Position numbers and translations under genes: made by a program. 64,000 nucleotides of DNA from a virus. Shown here in pieces: positions 21,691 through 31,741 of this stretch (position 1 is the first letter of the stretch; every line of letters starts with the position of its first letter). The DNA lies in the IMG/VR virus record IMGVR_UViG_3300036791_001907, positions 32,001 through 96,000 of that record. The stretch is one strand, 5' to 3'. A model generated the notes under the pieces. That model did not search any database. It was given only the letters and a program-made list of their open reading frames with translations, and was not told the origin of the DNA.

Positions 21691-21885
21691 ATGGCCAAGC
21701 AGATCGTCTTCACGATCGACCAGAACACCGGCGGCGTCACGATCGAGGCCTCGGGCTACAAGGGCCCCGAGTGCAAGGTCGCCACCGCCCCCTACGAGAA
21801 GCTCTTCGGCACCCCGGCGTCGGATACGCCCACCAAGGAGATGGGGATCAAGGCCACCGAGCAGGTGCGCCAGAGACAGGGGTGA
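21691..21885 (+). CDS. DUF2997-like small protein
   Basis: 'IVFTID..G.VTIEASGYKGPEC..AT..YEKLFG' pattern; usual partner of Ycf46-like ATPases. Confidence 0.7.
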   Translation: MAKQIVFTIDQNTGGVTIEASGYKGPECKVATAPYEKLFGTPASDTPTKEMGIKATEQVRQRQG

Positions 21886-21888
21886 GCC

Positions 21889-22236
21889 GTGGCTCAGGAA
21901 CTGGTTTTTAACATTGGCCCGGACGGGGTCGTGCGCTACATCCACAGCGACGAGGCAGTCCGCCTGGCGGCGGGCGCCCTCGGCCGTCCCGTCATCAACC
22001 GGGCCAGCCATGTCGAGTACGACAACGAACGAGGCGGCTGGACAGCCGACATGTCCCCCCTCGGAGCGCCCGTGATCCTCGGGCCGTACACCACCAGGGA
22101 AGAAGCCCTCGAGCGCGAGCATACATGGCTCGCCGCGTACATGCCGATGCTGCCCTGTGCGCAGTATCGCGCGGTCGACTACGGTACGCTGCCGGCCGGC
22201 AGACCGGGCGAACTTCCACCACGAGACTCGACATGA
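21889..22236 (+). CDS. Conserved hypothetical of the AAA/DUF2997 module
   Basis: 'RASHVE...W.ADMSP.G...LGP...R.EAL..E..WL' pattern, recalled from AAA/DUF2997 loci. Confidence 0.6.
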   Translation: MAQELVFNIGPDGVVRYIHSDEAVRLAAGALGRPVINRASHVEYDNERGGWTADMSPLGAPVILGPYTTREEALEREHTWLAAYMPMLPCAQYRAVDYGTLPAGRPGELPPRDST

Positions 22237-23258
22237 GCACGGTCATGGAACCCCAGAAGGAAGCCGTCCTGGCGGACGGCGTCAGCGTCCAGGACGTCAA
22301 GCTGGATACCGACATCTATTTGCTGGATATCGTCAAGCACCGCTGGTCCGGCGAGCACGTTCTCGACCCCAAGGCCCACGCCAAGGTCGAGGTCAAGGGG
22401 CAGGAGGTCAAGGACAAACTGGTCAAGAAAACCGTCTGTCTGATCCCCAAGTCCTTGAGCAGCGTGCTGACGCCCGGCTACGCGCAGGTGGACCACGTGC
22501 TCGCCCGGTTCACCACCAACTTCTCCGGCGCCCGGGCGCTCTCGGGGCCGGCGAAGGAGCAGTTCTTCACCGAGCTGAAGGCGGCCCGCGCCTTTCTGGC
22601 CGAATGCGTCGCCGAGTTCGTCGGCCGCTACCAGGCGGAGGTCATCGACTACAACCAGGCAGAGTGGGAACCCACGCTGGGTGCTGACTACGGCGTGGTC
22701 ATCGGCAAGCTGCTCACGGCCGTTGAGTATGTTGGCGAACGGTTTCGCTACAGCGTGCGCAACATCCGCCGGCTGGAGGCGCCCAGCGAGGAGTACAAGA
22801 AGATCGCGCGGCTGGACAAGGAGCTGCTCGCCGAGGTCCGCGCCAACAAGCGCGATGACTACGAGGCGGCCATGGACGAGCTGGTGGCCGGCCCCCGCAA
22901 GGTTCTGGCCGAGTCCCTGGACGGTCTGATCCAGCAGCTTCAGGACGGCAAGATCATCCAGCGGGCCTCGTTCAACGCCGTCCTGGACGCGATCGCGCTG
23001 AACCGCGCGTTCGCGGGCACCATCACCGACGCCAAGCTCCTGGCTACATCCCAGGCGCTGGAGCAGGCGATCGACAAGGCGATCGTCACCGCCGAGAACA
23101 ACAAGACCAGTTCCACGAGCTGGTCCGATCTGCTTTCGGCCCACAAGGGCGACCTGGAAAAGGCCATCGCACCGGTGGCCGAGGCCGCCAAGGACTCCGC
23201 CGCGGTGGAGCAGGTCCGTCGACGCCTGAATGCACGGGTCCGCCCGGTCGATGCGTAA
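22233..23258 (+). CDS. Helical hypothetical protein (DUF3150-like?) of the AAA module
   Basis: 341 aa from ATG 22233; family assignment is inferred from context. Confidence 0.5.
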   Translation: MSTVMEPQKEAVLADGVSVQDVKLDTDIYLLDIVKHRWSGEHVLDPKAHAKVEVKGQEVKDKLVKKTVCLIPKSLSSVLTPGYAQVDHVLARFTTNFSGARALSGPAKEQFFTELKAARAFLAECVAEFVGRYQAEVIDYNQAEWEPTLGADYGVVIGKLLTAVEYVGERFRYSVRNIRRLEAPSEEYKKIARLDKELLAEVRANKRDDYEAAMDELVAGPRKVLAESLDGLIQQLQDGKIIQRASFNAVLDAIALNRAFAGTITDAKLLATSQALEQAIDKAIVTAENNKTSSTSWSDLLSAHKGDLEKAIAPVAEAAKDSAAVEQVRRRLNARVRPVDA

Positions 23259-23278
23259 GCTGATGACGGAGCCGCGCC

Positions 23279-23920
23279 GTGGGCATCACGGTCAGCTACC
23301 TGGCGCCGGCCGCGGCCGGCGCCACCTTCGCCTACTCGGTTGAACGGCAAGCAGATGGCAAGTTCTTTGACTTTACCCTGAACACGTTCCGGCATTCCGC
23401 GCTGGTCCTGACAGCCGCACGCACCCGGCCACTGGTCCCGCGCGACGAATTCATGGACATGGCCGCCGAGTTCGCTCATGTCGAGGACGGCGCGACCTAC
23501 ATCATCCGCATCCATCGCACCGACAGGGTCACCCGGATCGTCGCTGCGCTGCCAGTGACCGTCTGGTTCGCCGGGGACCGGGTTACGACCGTCGAGGAGG
23601 GACAGCTCGTGGAGCCCAGCTACCGGGCGGGCAAGAAGTTCTTCGAGGGCCGGACGATCGAGGCCAAGTGGCGGCTCACGTTCTATGGCGATGATGGGTT
23701 CACCATCCATACCGCGACGCTCTGGGAAGATGCCACCAGTTCCTGCAACTGCCCGCGCTGGTGCCGGAAGATGCAGGGCCAGCGGCGCAGCTGTCCGCAC
23801 GCGGAGCGGGCGCTGACGCTCACCGCCAACGTCGACGAGACCGGCGCGCAGCCGGCGGTCCCCAGTGCGCCGCCGCCGCCCGTTCCACCCCGCCAGCGGT
23901 CCCGGCCCGTCGATACCTGA
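23279..23920 (+). CDS. SWIM zinc-finger protein 1
   Basis: 'SSCNCPRW...CPH' (CxC...CxH); start uncertain. Confidence 0.7.
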   Translation: MGITVSYLAPAAAGATFAYSVERQADGKFFDFTLNTFRHSALVLTAARTRPLVPRDEFMDMAAEFAHVEDGATYIIRIHRTDRVTRIVAALPVTVWFAGDRVTTVEEGQLVEPSYRAGKKFFEGRTIEAKWRLTFYGDDGFTIHTATLWEDATSSCNCPRWCRKMQGQRRSCPHAERALTLTANVDETGAQPAVPSAPPPPVPPRQRSRPVDT

Positions 23921-23943
23921 TGGCGGCCCGCAAGGAGAATCCA

Positions 23944-24261
23944 ATGACATTCCATGGCGGCCAAAAGTTCATCGGCAGCCTGGCGATCTCGGCCAGATAC
24001 CGCCTCACCTGCTTCGGCAGCGATGGGGTCACCATCTACACCGCGACCCTCTGGGCCGATGGTACCAGCTCCTGCAACTGCCCGGCGTGGCGGTTCGAGC
24101 GCAACGGCGTACGCAAATGTAAGCACGCCACCCGGGCTCTGAGTCTCACTGCCGACGTCGATGAGACCGGCGGACAGGCTCGTCCTACACCAGCCGCCGC
24201 GGAGGAACCGGTACAGGGAACCAACCCATTCCGGCGGCGCTCCCGACAGGTGGATACCTGA
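23944..24261 (+). CDS. SWIM zinc-finger protein 2 (tandem paralog)
   Basis: 'SSCNCPAW...CKH', RBS AAGGAG; colinear with the C-terminal half of the previous gene. Confidence 0.75.
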   Translation: MTFHGGQKFIGSLAISARYRLTCFGSDGVTIYTATLWADGTSSCNCPAWRFERNGVRKCKHATRALSLTADVDETGGQARPTPAAAEEPVQGTNPFRRRSRQVDT

Positions 24262-24488
24262 GATGTACCACGTCAAGTACCGCGACTTCTTCGGCAAGCT
24301 CGTCCTCTGTGCGGGCCGGTCCACATTCGAGGACGCGCAGTCCGAGGCCGAAGACCATGCCCACGCGGGCCAGCGCGAGGTGGCGATCCTCATCGACCTG
24401 GACACGGCCGACGTCAGCATGGAGGTGGCCGCGGCCCTCTCCCGTCGCCATTCCCTTCCGGGGACAGCCCGACCGGGCTGCCGCGACG

Positions 24489-25274
24489 ATGGCCGCACGC
24501 AGACGCAGGCCGCGACTCTTCGGTGACCCCCACATCGCCAAGCTGGGCGGGCTGATCTACCCGTTCTCGATCCCGGCCATCCGCACCTGCCCCGGCCGGA
24601 GCGGCTTCTGCGAGTCGATCTGCTATGCCGACGATGGGTTCTTCCTGATGGAGAGCGTGCGGCAGAAGCACATCGCCAACCTGAAGCGGACTCGCGAGCC
24701 CGAGTTCGTCGCTGACGCCGTGGCCGAGATCAAGTCCCGGTGCATGGGCGTCGTCCGCGTGCACATGGCCGGCGACTACTACACGGCCAAGTACGCCGGG
24801 AAGTGGGTGTCGATCGTCCGCCAGTGCCACCGGACCACCTTCCTCTGCTACACGCGAAGCTGGAAGGTCGATGCGATCCTGCCGGTCCTGGCCACGCTGG
24901 CGACCCTGAAGAACATGAACCTGTGGTTCTCCACGGACCACGAGATGCCCGATGCGCCTGCTATTCCTGGTGTGCGAATTGCCTACCTGCTGGCTGACGA
25001 CGAGGACCCGTCCCGGGTTCCCGCTGGGCAACATCTCGTCTTCCGTGACAATGAGCGCGTGCCCCTGAAACGAGCCAACGGCGTGCTCGTGTGTCCTTAC
25101 GAGCAGGGCATCAAGCGCCAGGTCAAGATCACGTGTTCCAATTGTCGGATCTGCTGGACCCCTGAGAGGAAGAAGCATCATGGCCAAGCAGCCACCGAAG
25201 AAGAAAACCGCCGCCCGCCGCGCGCCGCGCGCCGCCAAGCCCGTCCCGGCAACTCCGGCCGCTCCGGCCGCTGA
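24489..25274 (+). CDS. Phage gene product 88-like (radical-SAM-related) protein
   Basis: 'FSIPAIRTCPG...C...CYA', 'VRVHMAGDYY', 'YTRSW', terminal 'CxxCxxC'. Confidence 0.75.
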   Translation: MAARRRRPRLFGDPHIAKLGGLIYPFSIPAIRTCPGRSGFCESICYADDGFFLMESVRQKHIANLKRTREPEFVADAVAEIKSRCMGVVRVHMAGDYYTAKYAGKWVSIVRQCHRTTFLCYTRSWKVDAILPVLATLATLKNMNLWFSTDHEMPDAPAIPGVRIAYLLADDEDPSRVPAGQHLVFRDNERVPLKRANGVLVCPYEQGIKRQVKITCSNCRICWTPERKKHHGQAATEEENRRPPRAARRQARPGNSGRSGR

Positions 25275-25926
25275 GCCCGTCGTGGTCGACACCGGCACGG
25301 ACATCGTCGTTGCCGGGACCGAGCGCCCCAACACCCGGATCGTGCTCGATCTGGGGATCGACAACTTCGTCGCCGTCGGCGTGGTCCGCGCCGAGACCCG
25401 GCTGACCGCGCGGCTCGAGCAGCACGTCAGCGAGGCCCACCGCCTGGGCGTCGCGATCAGCGACCGGCTGGCCCAGCTCCACACGATCTACAAGGAGGTC
25501 AAACCGGATCCCCAGTTCGTGCGGGATTGCGAGGCTCTGGTCGAGGTGGCGGCGAAGGTTGGCATCAGGCTGTCGTTCGAGACGATCACGGGGGACTTCA
25601 ACCCGGACACCCTGAGGTATAACGTCGCCGTCCGGTTCCGCGGCGAGCTCACGACAAACCGGATCTACACCGTGGATGATAGGAATGCCGAGGCGCTCCG
25701 CGACGAGATCGCCGTGCTGCGAGTGCAGCAGAATGGGCAGACCCGGGAAGCCAAGGGCACCAAGGAGCGGCTCAACCCGGGACGGCTCGAGAAGCTGATG
25801 CGCGCCGGCATCGCCGAGAACGCGATGCGCGGCACCGAGGAAGGCGCCCAGACGCTCGAGGCCTGGCTCGCCTACATCGACGCGGCCGTCGACGGCCCCC
25901 TGCCTCGCCAGATCGGTGTCGACTGA
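25180..25926 (+). CDS. Hypothetical protein
   Basis: 248 aa, basic N-terminus, coiled-coil-like. Confidence 0.6.
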   Translation: MAKQPPKKKTAARRAPRAAKPVPATPAAPAAEPVVVDTGTDIVVAGTERPNTRIVLDLGIDNFVAVGVVRAETRLTARLEQHVSEAHRLGVAISDRLAQLHTIYKEVKPDPQFVRDCEALVEVAAKVGIRLSFETITGDFNPDTLRYNVAVRFRGELTTNRIYTVDDRNAEALRDEIAVLRVQQNGQTREAKGTKERLNPGRLEKLMRAGIAENAMRGTEEGAQTLEAWLAYIDAAVDGPLPRQIGVD

Positions 25927-26142
25927 CATGGGCGATATCGTCTACTTCCTGGTCCGATCCGGGCGGGGAACATGGATTGACCCGGATGGCTTTACCGATG
26001 TGATCAGCGGCGGCTGGCGCGTTCCCCGCCGGCACCAGGGAGACTGGCAGTCGGTCACCTGGAAGCGCCGCCGCTATCAGCTCTTCGGCGGTATCCGCAC
26101 GGGCTACTTCATCTGCACCAACAACCCACTTCGGAGGCGTAC

Positions 26143-26991
26143 ATGCCCAAAAAAGTGAAGGCGGCCGTTACGCCGCGTAACGCCGGACCAGTCGACATGG
26201 AGGCCATCCCATCGTTCCCACTGACCAGCAACCAGTCGCTGGACTACGTCCGGGCGGTCCACCGCCATGTCTTCGGTAACGACTCGTTCCTGGTCGTGCT
26301 CTACGGCGCCCTCAATGTGGGGGGTCTTATTGGCACGGAGCACAACGGGATCGCCGTGCTCTGGGAGAACCGTGGCAAGGTCGTGCTTCTGGGTCACTAC
26401 CGGGACAGGTCATACATGCAGCCGAGCAATTCCCAGCGCCAGGAATATGCGCGGATCTGCGTCCTGAAGGCGACCCAGTTCCGGTCGTTCATCAACAGCC
26501 ATCCGTTTGCGCAGTGCCAGGTCATGGTCGCCCGGCCTCAGCCGATCGTCCGGCCGAAGCTCCGGTTCAGAGCTGCCGACTTCACGGCGACCCCGTTTCA
26601 TTCGGCCCGGAGCAAGGTCGCATTCCTCAAGGCCCTGATCCAGTTCCTCTGCGACCACTGCGACCAGGATCAGTTCAGTCGGCAGCTCTACGATGGACTA
26701 TCCCAGCATCTGGGGCACATCGCCCATTACAACCGCGATGGGTTCTACGCCGAATGGTTCGTGGACCCGGCCGCACGGATCCGGTTCCTTGAGTACCATA
26801 CTCGTGTGCAGCTCTGGGGCGACTGGAGCGATGTTCGCAAGGCGCTCCAGCAGTGGATCGAAGGACCGGAGGGGCAGGCCGTGTCCGGGCACTGGCGGAA
26901 CGTGCTGGCGGCGGCGCGCGAGCAGGCCGAGCGGCGGGAGCTTGCCCGGCTCAAGGCCGTGTACGAACCCGCCAATGGGGAGGCACCATGA
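26143..26991 (+). CDS. Hypothetical protein
   Basis: 282 aa, RBS GGAGG; 'GHIAHYNRDGFYAEWF' recurs in mobile-element proteins. Confidence 0.6.
   Translation: MPKKVKAAVTPRNAGPVDMEAIPSFPLTSNQSLDYVRAVHRHVFGNDSFLVVLYGALNVGGLIGTEHNGIAVLWENRGKVVLLGHYRDRSYMQPSNSQRQEYARICVLKATQFRSFINSHPFAQCQVMVARPQPIVRPKLRFRAADFTATPFHSARSKVAFLKALIQFLCDHCDQDQFSRQLYDGLSQHLGHIAHYNRDGFYAEWFVDPAARIRFLEYHTRVQLWGDWSDVRKALQQWIEGPEGQAVSGHWRNVLAAAREQAERRELARLKAVYEPANGEAP
26166..26182. promoter_or_regulatory. 17-bp palindrome CGTTACGC-C-GCGTAACG (putative operator, copy 1)
   Basis: Perfect 8-1-8 inverted repeat; near-identical copies at 40221 and 55099. Confidence 0.55.
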
Positions 26992-28208
26992 GACGGAAGA
27001 GGCGGAGACGATACGACTACAGCCGCGACGAGAAAGCGTTGCCCAAGGCGGAGCCACTCACGGGCGAGATCATCGGGGCGAGGCGACTGGGCGTGCGGTT
27101 CCTGGAGGAGGGGATCATCGCGCTTGGGCACGTCGCCGAGCGGTGGCGGCTCACTGATGACATCGACGCCTTGCTGGCCCCCGATGACGAGTTCGTTGCC
27201 GGCAGCTCGTATCGCGAGATCAGGAAGGCCCTGGAAGCACGGCATCCCTCGCCGGTCCCTGGCGTGAGCCGGGTCGAGATCTGCAACGGCAGCGACATGA
27301 AGCTGCACGTCATGCCGTTCGCCGACTCGGTGATCGTCCAGGTCAGGAGGAACCCGCAGCACGTCCAGTACCGTTGGGGTGATAGTTACATCAAGACCTG
27401 GATCATCAATGCGATCGAGACCCTCACACGGCTCACCGCCGGGGGCGAGGACCTGCTGATCTCGCACGAGGCCGAGGAGATCATTCGTACCCGGGAGGAC
27501 TTCGAGGGATCGGACCTGGTCATCGCCCGCCGCGACAACTGGTACTCGATCGTCAAGTACCGGCCCAGCAAGGCCGCAGCACGGCGGCATACCAGGACCA
27601 CGATCAAGAAGAAGGATGAACACGCCAATGAACTGGTCGTGGCGGCCCGCGAGCTGCGCGGCGCCGCGATCGAAGCTTATGCTGCGCTCCGCGAGGAGCT
27701 GGACCGGTTCGGCGCCTGCGCCGTTCTGACCGAGATCAAGCCCCAGAGACACTATCACAGCGATGACGACACGAATTCGCTGGTCGGGGTCCGGTACATC
27801 CACGCGCTGCTGCCGATCCATGCGGCCCTCCTGGGCAAGCATGCCTATCGTTACAATCTCCTCTGGCAGGGGTTTCTCGACAAGGTCCGGGCCCGCCTCC
27901 AGGACCTCGACGATGTCACCTGGGGCAACTACGGGGACGTCAAGCCGTGGCTCGAGGCTGAGTGCCGACTCCGGAAGCTGCCGCCGACGGCGAAGATGCT
28001 CGCCGCGAAGGCTGCGGCCGAAGCCGAGGAACTGCGGAAGCTGACCTGCGCCCGCTGCGGCGACCCCGTGCCCAACATTCATCACCTGAGCTGGCCACCG
28101 ACCGGATGCCGGACCCGGTATCCACGGGAAGCCAGGCTCTGCGGCGCCTGCTGGCAGTTCGAGTACGAGACCATCGGTGTGGCGGAACCCGTGGCCGCGG
28201 ACGGCTGA
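26988..28208 (+). CDS. Hypothetical protein with C-terminal Zn finger
   Basis: ATG 26988 after GGAGG; CxxC...CxxC at the C-terminus. Confidence 0.6.
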   Translation: MRRKRRRRYDYSRDEKALPKAEPLTGEIIGARRLGVRFLEEGIIALGHVAERWRLTDDIDALLAPDDEFVAGSSYREIRKALEARHPSPVPGVSRVEICNGSDMKLHVMPFADSVIVQVRRNPQHVQYRWGDSYIKTWIINAIETLTRLTAGGEDLLISHEAEEIIRTREDFEGSDLVIARRDNWYSIVKYRPSKAAARRHTRTTIKKKDEHANELVVAARELRGAAIEAYAALREELDRFGACAVLTEIKPQRHYHSDDDTNSLVGVRYIHALLPIHAALLGKHAYRYNLLWQGFLDKVRARLQDLDDVTWGNYGDVKPWLEAECRLRKLPPTAKMLAAKAAAEAEELRKLTCARCGDPVPNIHHLSWPPTGCRTRYPREARLCGACWQFEYETIGVAEPVAADG

Positions 28209-28236
28209 TCCGTCTGGGAACTCCGGGAGGAACATC

Positions 28237-28785
28237 ATGGTCGGGAAAGCCTACGGACCACGGGGCATGATGAAGTCCCGCGAGGATGTGACCCAGGGAT
28301 GGGCCCAGGCCATCAAGGCCAACGTCCGGCCGCCTGAAGGCGGCGTGCTCACGGACGCGGCGGCCAGCGACTACGCCGATCAGTTCTGGAGGTCGCTGGA
28401 GCAGCGCCATGTGCCGATCAAGGAGATCATGGCGGTACCCGGCAGGGACGCTGTGGCATGGGTGCTGCTCGCCGCAGCTCCGGCTACAACCATTGAGATC
28501 GACGCGATGGCGATCGACGAACCCCCGGAATTCGAGGAGGACCATGTGAAGACGGCGCAGGGCAAACCCATCGATCTGGGGACGCGCGATGTGACGGTAT
28601 CGGTATACGCGCTCCTCAATGCCACGATCCGCGTCAAGGGCGATGACGGCGAGTATCATCCCGTGCCTGTCCAGGCCGAGCTCGAGATCCATCACGGGAG
28701 TCTGCGCCAGCTGGTCCAGAAGGCCAACACGAACATGTCGAAGAAGAGCAGCGACGGCGCGGTGACCGTTCGCATCCGCGGGTAA
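28237..28785 (+). CDS. Hypothetical protein
   Basis: ATG 28237 after GGAGG. Confidence 0.55.
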   Translation: MVGKAYGPRGMMKSREDVTQGWAQAIKANVRPPEGGVLTDAAASDYADQFWRSLEQRHVPIKEIMAVPGRDAVAWVLLAAAPATTIEIDAMAIDEPPEFEEDHVKTAQGKPIDLGTRDVTVSVYALLNATIRVKGDDGEYHPVPVQAELEIHHGSLRQLVQKANTNMSKKSSDGAVTVRIRG

Positions 28786-29289
28786 CCCAATGAAGGAGGA
28801 TGATGGGCATGTGGACGTCTTATCTTCAGCTCCGCGGCGCCGAGGCCCGTGCGGCCGGACGGTCCCGCGACGATCACCAGCTCGACAGCCAGGACGCGGC
28901 GCTGTGGCTGGAGGGCTACGATGCCATGAACCAGAGGATCACGTCGCTCCTCGGCGAGATCCGCAGGGGTTGGCTGGTCCCGCACGTCGTCTTCGTCCAG
29001 CGAGAGCGACCCAGCGTTCCCGTGGTGATCACTCCGATCCGAGGATTGTCCGAATGAACAAGCCCAAGTATCACCGCGGCCAGAAGTTCCGGATGGGCAG
29101 CGACGGCTCGCGGTTCGAGATCGAAAACGTGCGCGTGCTGGCACCCGATGATCGGATCGGCTACGAGCTGCGCGGCCTGGAGGAACCATTCCAGGGAATG
29201 GTTCTTCACCGCTTCGAGGCCGAGCTGGAACGCGACTTCGAGCTGGAGCCAGAACCACCAAAGGAGGACCCAGCGTAACGATGCAGCGA

Positions 29290-29689
29290 ACCGACGGCCA
29301 GCGGTATATCTGGCGGTGATGGCAGCGATGGGTATGTTGCGGCGGGCCGAGCTACGTCGTGGTAGGTCCGGCAGCTGCGGTTGGGTTCGTCATGGCGAGC
29401 CGAGCATGGGTATGCTCCGTCATGGCAGCCGAGGCATGGTTTGTTGGACCATGGCGAGATGAGCTTAGCCGAGCTTCGGCGAGGCAGCCGGGGTGTGGTT
29501 CGGCGGGCTGTGCGGCGCCACGCCAGGGTTGGGCAGCTCAGATCAGGTGTGGACAGCTCTGGCCGGCAGCGCCAGGTCATGGCAGCCGAGGATAGACCTG
29601 GCCAGCCACGCGGAGCCGTCGTGAGCCGGGGCAGCATTGGCTGGTCACGTCATGACACGGCCAGTCGAGCACGGCCATGTTATGTCAGC
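29290..29689 (+). ncRNA. Guide-RNA array 1: pseudoknot repeat plus 7 pentamer-coded units (VIPR-like)
   Basis: 33-nt repeat at 29290-29322, then units such as GGCA|GCTGC|GGTTG|GGTTC|GTCAT|GGCGA|GCCGA|GCATG|GGTAT|GCTCC|GTCAT|GGCA. Confidence 0.85.
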
Positions 29690-29706
29690 ATTGAAAGGAG
29701 GTGAAT

Positions 29707-29928
29707 GTGTCAAAGATAGTTCATTTGATCTATCATCGCGTCCCCAACGATCGGATCTCAGACATGAGCGAGGTCGTGGGGGTCGTGACCACGGGCTGGC
29801 AGGATGCCGATGCGATCGTGGATCAGCTCAACGCGCGGGACCCATCCGGATTCGGCTGGCAGCGCGACTACTGGAAAAAGGAGGTTGATGTCATCACCAA
29901 GGATGATGTTCCGCGTCGCACTCCATGA
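29707..29928 (+). CDS. Small hypothetical protein between arrays
   Basis: GTG start after AAGGAGG; the pentamer periodicity stops here. Confidence 0.55.
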   Translation: MSKIVHLIYHRVPNDRISDMSEVVGVVTTGWQDADAIVDQLNARDPSGFGWQRDYWKKEVDVITKDDVPRRTP

Positions 29929-29940
29929 CAGGAGACAGCG

Positions 29941-30207
29941 ATGATCTGTCCGGAATGCGGGCATTCCAACCCGGTGATCGCCGCCGAGTGTCTCAAGTGC
30001 CGGTGCCGGTTCCTGGAACACGGTTGTTTTTCCGAGCAGTATCAGCACCCGCTCGTCGGCAAGCGAATCCAGGTCAATACCAGGACCGGCTGCATGGCCG
30101 AAGGGGTCGTGGAGCGGGTGGTGTCTTCACGTTTCGGCCTGCTCGCCTGCCTGGAAGGCGAAAACGGCAGGGCCTGGGCCGTGAACCAATGCACGCCGGT
30201 CACCTGA
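29941..30207 (+). CDS. Small Zn-ribbon protein between arrays
   Basis: 'CPECG...CLKC'; RBS AGGAG. Confidence 0.6.
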   Translation: MICPECGHSNPVIAAECLKCRCRFLEHGCFSEQYQHPLVGKRIQVNTRTGCMAEGVVERVVSSRFGLLACLEGENGRAWAVNQCTPVT

Positions 30208-30219
30208 CCGGCGTCATGG

Positions 30220-30629
30220 ACCGATGGCCGGCGGTATATCCGGCGGTGGTGGCTAGCCCTGGCGACATCAGCAATGGTCGCGCGAGCACTGCCGTGGCGC
30301 GTTCAGGCAGTACAGGCGGGGTGATGCGGGCAACGGCAGGGCCGGGTCCGTCCGGCGATGTCATGCCACGGTATGGCAGCTCAGGTGAGTTCAGATCGGC
30401 CATGCGCGGGCTGGCTGCGGTGACCAGAGGTGGGTCGAGCCGTGGCGAGGCAGCGTAGCCATGGAAGGGTCGGGTCGGTTGAGCTGCGGCGAGCCCAGCT
30501 GACGCAGGGCTGGCCGCGGCAGCAAAGAACCGATGGCCAGCGGTATATCTGGCGGTGACGGGAAGCATCGGCAGCGACGGAATGGCAGGGCAAGTTGCGT
30601 CTTGTTCCGGCCAGCCAAGTCATGGCTGC
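30220..30629 (+). ncRNA. Guide-RNA arrays 2-3: two pseudoknot repeats, 5 units; the last unit matches the downstream RAMP gene
   Basis: Repeats at 30220-30252 and 30529-30561; GGCA-delimited pentamer tracts. Confidence 0.85.
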
Positions 30630-30754
30630 GTCGTATTGCCGATCACTACGAGGACGATCCGCCTGCGCGGTGGATCGGAACACGTACTGAACACCCTACA
30701 GTTGCAGGGCCGCGGGACGCGCGGCCCGTCTCACTGGCGACAAAGGATGATCCA

Positions 30755-31666
30755 ATGCCAGCCAAGAAAGGTCCGGCCAAGGGGACAGTCCCGGTCAACA
30801 TCCCCCAGCCACAGATCCTCGACTTCGGGATCGGACTCATCGGCGTGACGCCGACGATCTCGAACGCATTCCCGCAGAAGATCCGTGAGAAGCTCGTGGC
30901 TGATCACATGCACATGCCTGAGGCCCTCATCCCCCACGAGGCCAAGGACCCGTGCGCCAACTTCAGCGCGTGCATCCACTACGTCAAGTCCAAGGACGGT
31001 GGGGTCAACTTCGCCATGCCCGGCTCCTCGTTCAAGGGGGCCATGGTCGCGGCGTGCCGGATGACCAACAAGAAGTTGGACATGGCCAGTGCCAAGCAGT
31101 TCTTCCAGGTGATCCCGTTCCGGGTCCAGATGTACGGCGACGAGCCGATCATGTGCGAGCACCGGGTCCGCAACGACAACGGCGGCGTCGACATCCGGCA
31201 CCGGGCCATGTACTGCCGTTGGTCGGTGATCCTGCCGATCCGCTACCACGCGGGGTCGATCTCCAAGGAGTCCCTGATCTACCTGGCGGAGCTGGCCGGC
31301 TTCGGCTGTGGCATCGGTGACTGGCGGATCGCGGCGCCCAAGAGCCCCAACGGGCAGATGGGCGCCTTCCGCGTGGCCCGCGAGGGCGAGATCGTCGGCC
31401 CGGCGTACTCCAAGTGGTGCGCCAAGAACCCGTTCGACTGGGACGAGTTCGAGCAGTACGGCATCGTCCCGCCCGCGCGGGTCGAGTACTACCGCAAGGC
31501 CGCCGAGATGGTTCGCGGCCTGCCGCCCGAGCAGCGGGGCACGCCCAAGAAGGGCAAGAGCCGGAAGGCTGTGCCCACCGCTGCGGCCGCCGCGGCGATC
31601 ATCAACGGCGTCCAGCCCGTCGACGGCCTTGAGCCGCCCGATGACGGCTACGTGCCGCAGCAGTAA
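30755..31666 (+). CDS. vipr: Stand-alone RAMP/Cas7-like RRM protein; putative RNA-guided effector (Vipr-like)
   Basis: 303 aa from ATG 30755 (RBS AAAGGA). First strand 'IGLIGVTP', RAMP helix motif 'MPGSSFKGAM', C-terminal G-rich loop 'AGFGCGIGDWR...GQMGAFRV'. No other cas genes in the window; flanked by the arrays. Confidence 0.8.
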   Translation: MPAKKGPAKGTVPVNIPQPQILDFGIGLIGVTPTISNAFPQKIREKLVADHMHMPEALIPHEAKDPCANFSACIHYVKSKDGGVNFAMPGSSFKGAMVAACRMTNKKLDMASAKQFFQVIPFRVQMYGDEPIMCEHRVRNDNGGVDIRHRAMYCRWSVILPIRYHAGSISKESLIYLAELAGFGCGIGDWRIAAPKSPNGQMGAFRVAREGEIVGPAYSKWCAKNPFDWDEFEQYGIVPPARVEYYRKAAEMVRGLPPEQRGTPKKGKSRKAVPTAAAAAAIINGVQPVDGLEPPDDGYVPQQ

Positions 31667-31741
31667 CCACTTCGTGCAGGAGGACGACCGGGGGCCAGGA
31701 TGGCCCCATCTTTCCCGCAACCCTAGCAGCAAGGATCGAAC

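Noticed and set aside
30375-30448. Guide decoding to xEHRIR, resembling 'EHRVR' in the RAMP protein
   Set aside because: Only about 4 of 14 dinucleotides match in register; not significant.
30533-30754. Upstream extension of the RAMP ORF given by the ORF track
   Set aside because: It runs through a pseudoknot repeat and a guide unit; ATG 30755 has an RBS and begins the protein-like sequence.
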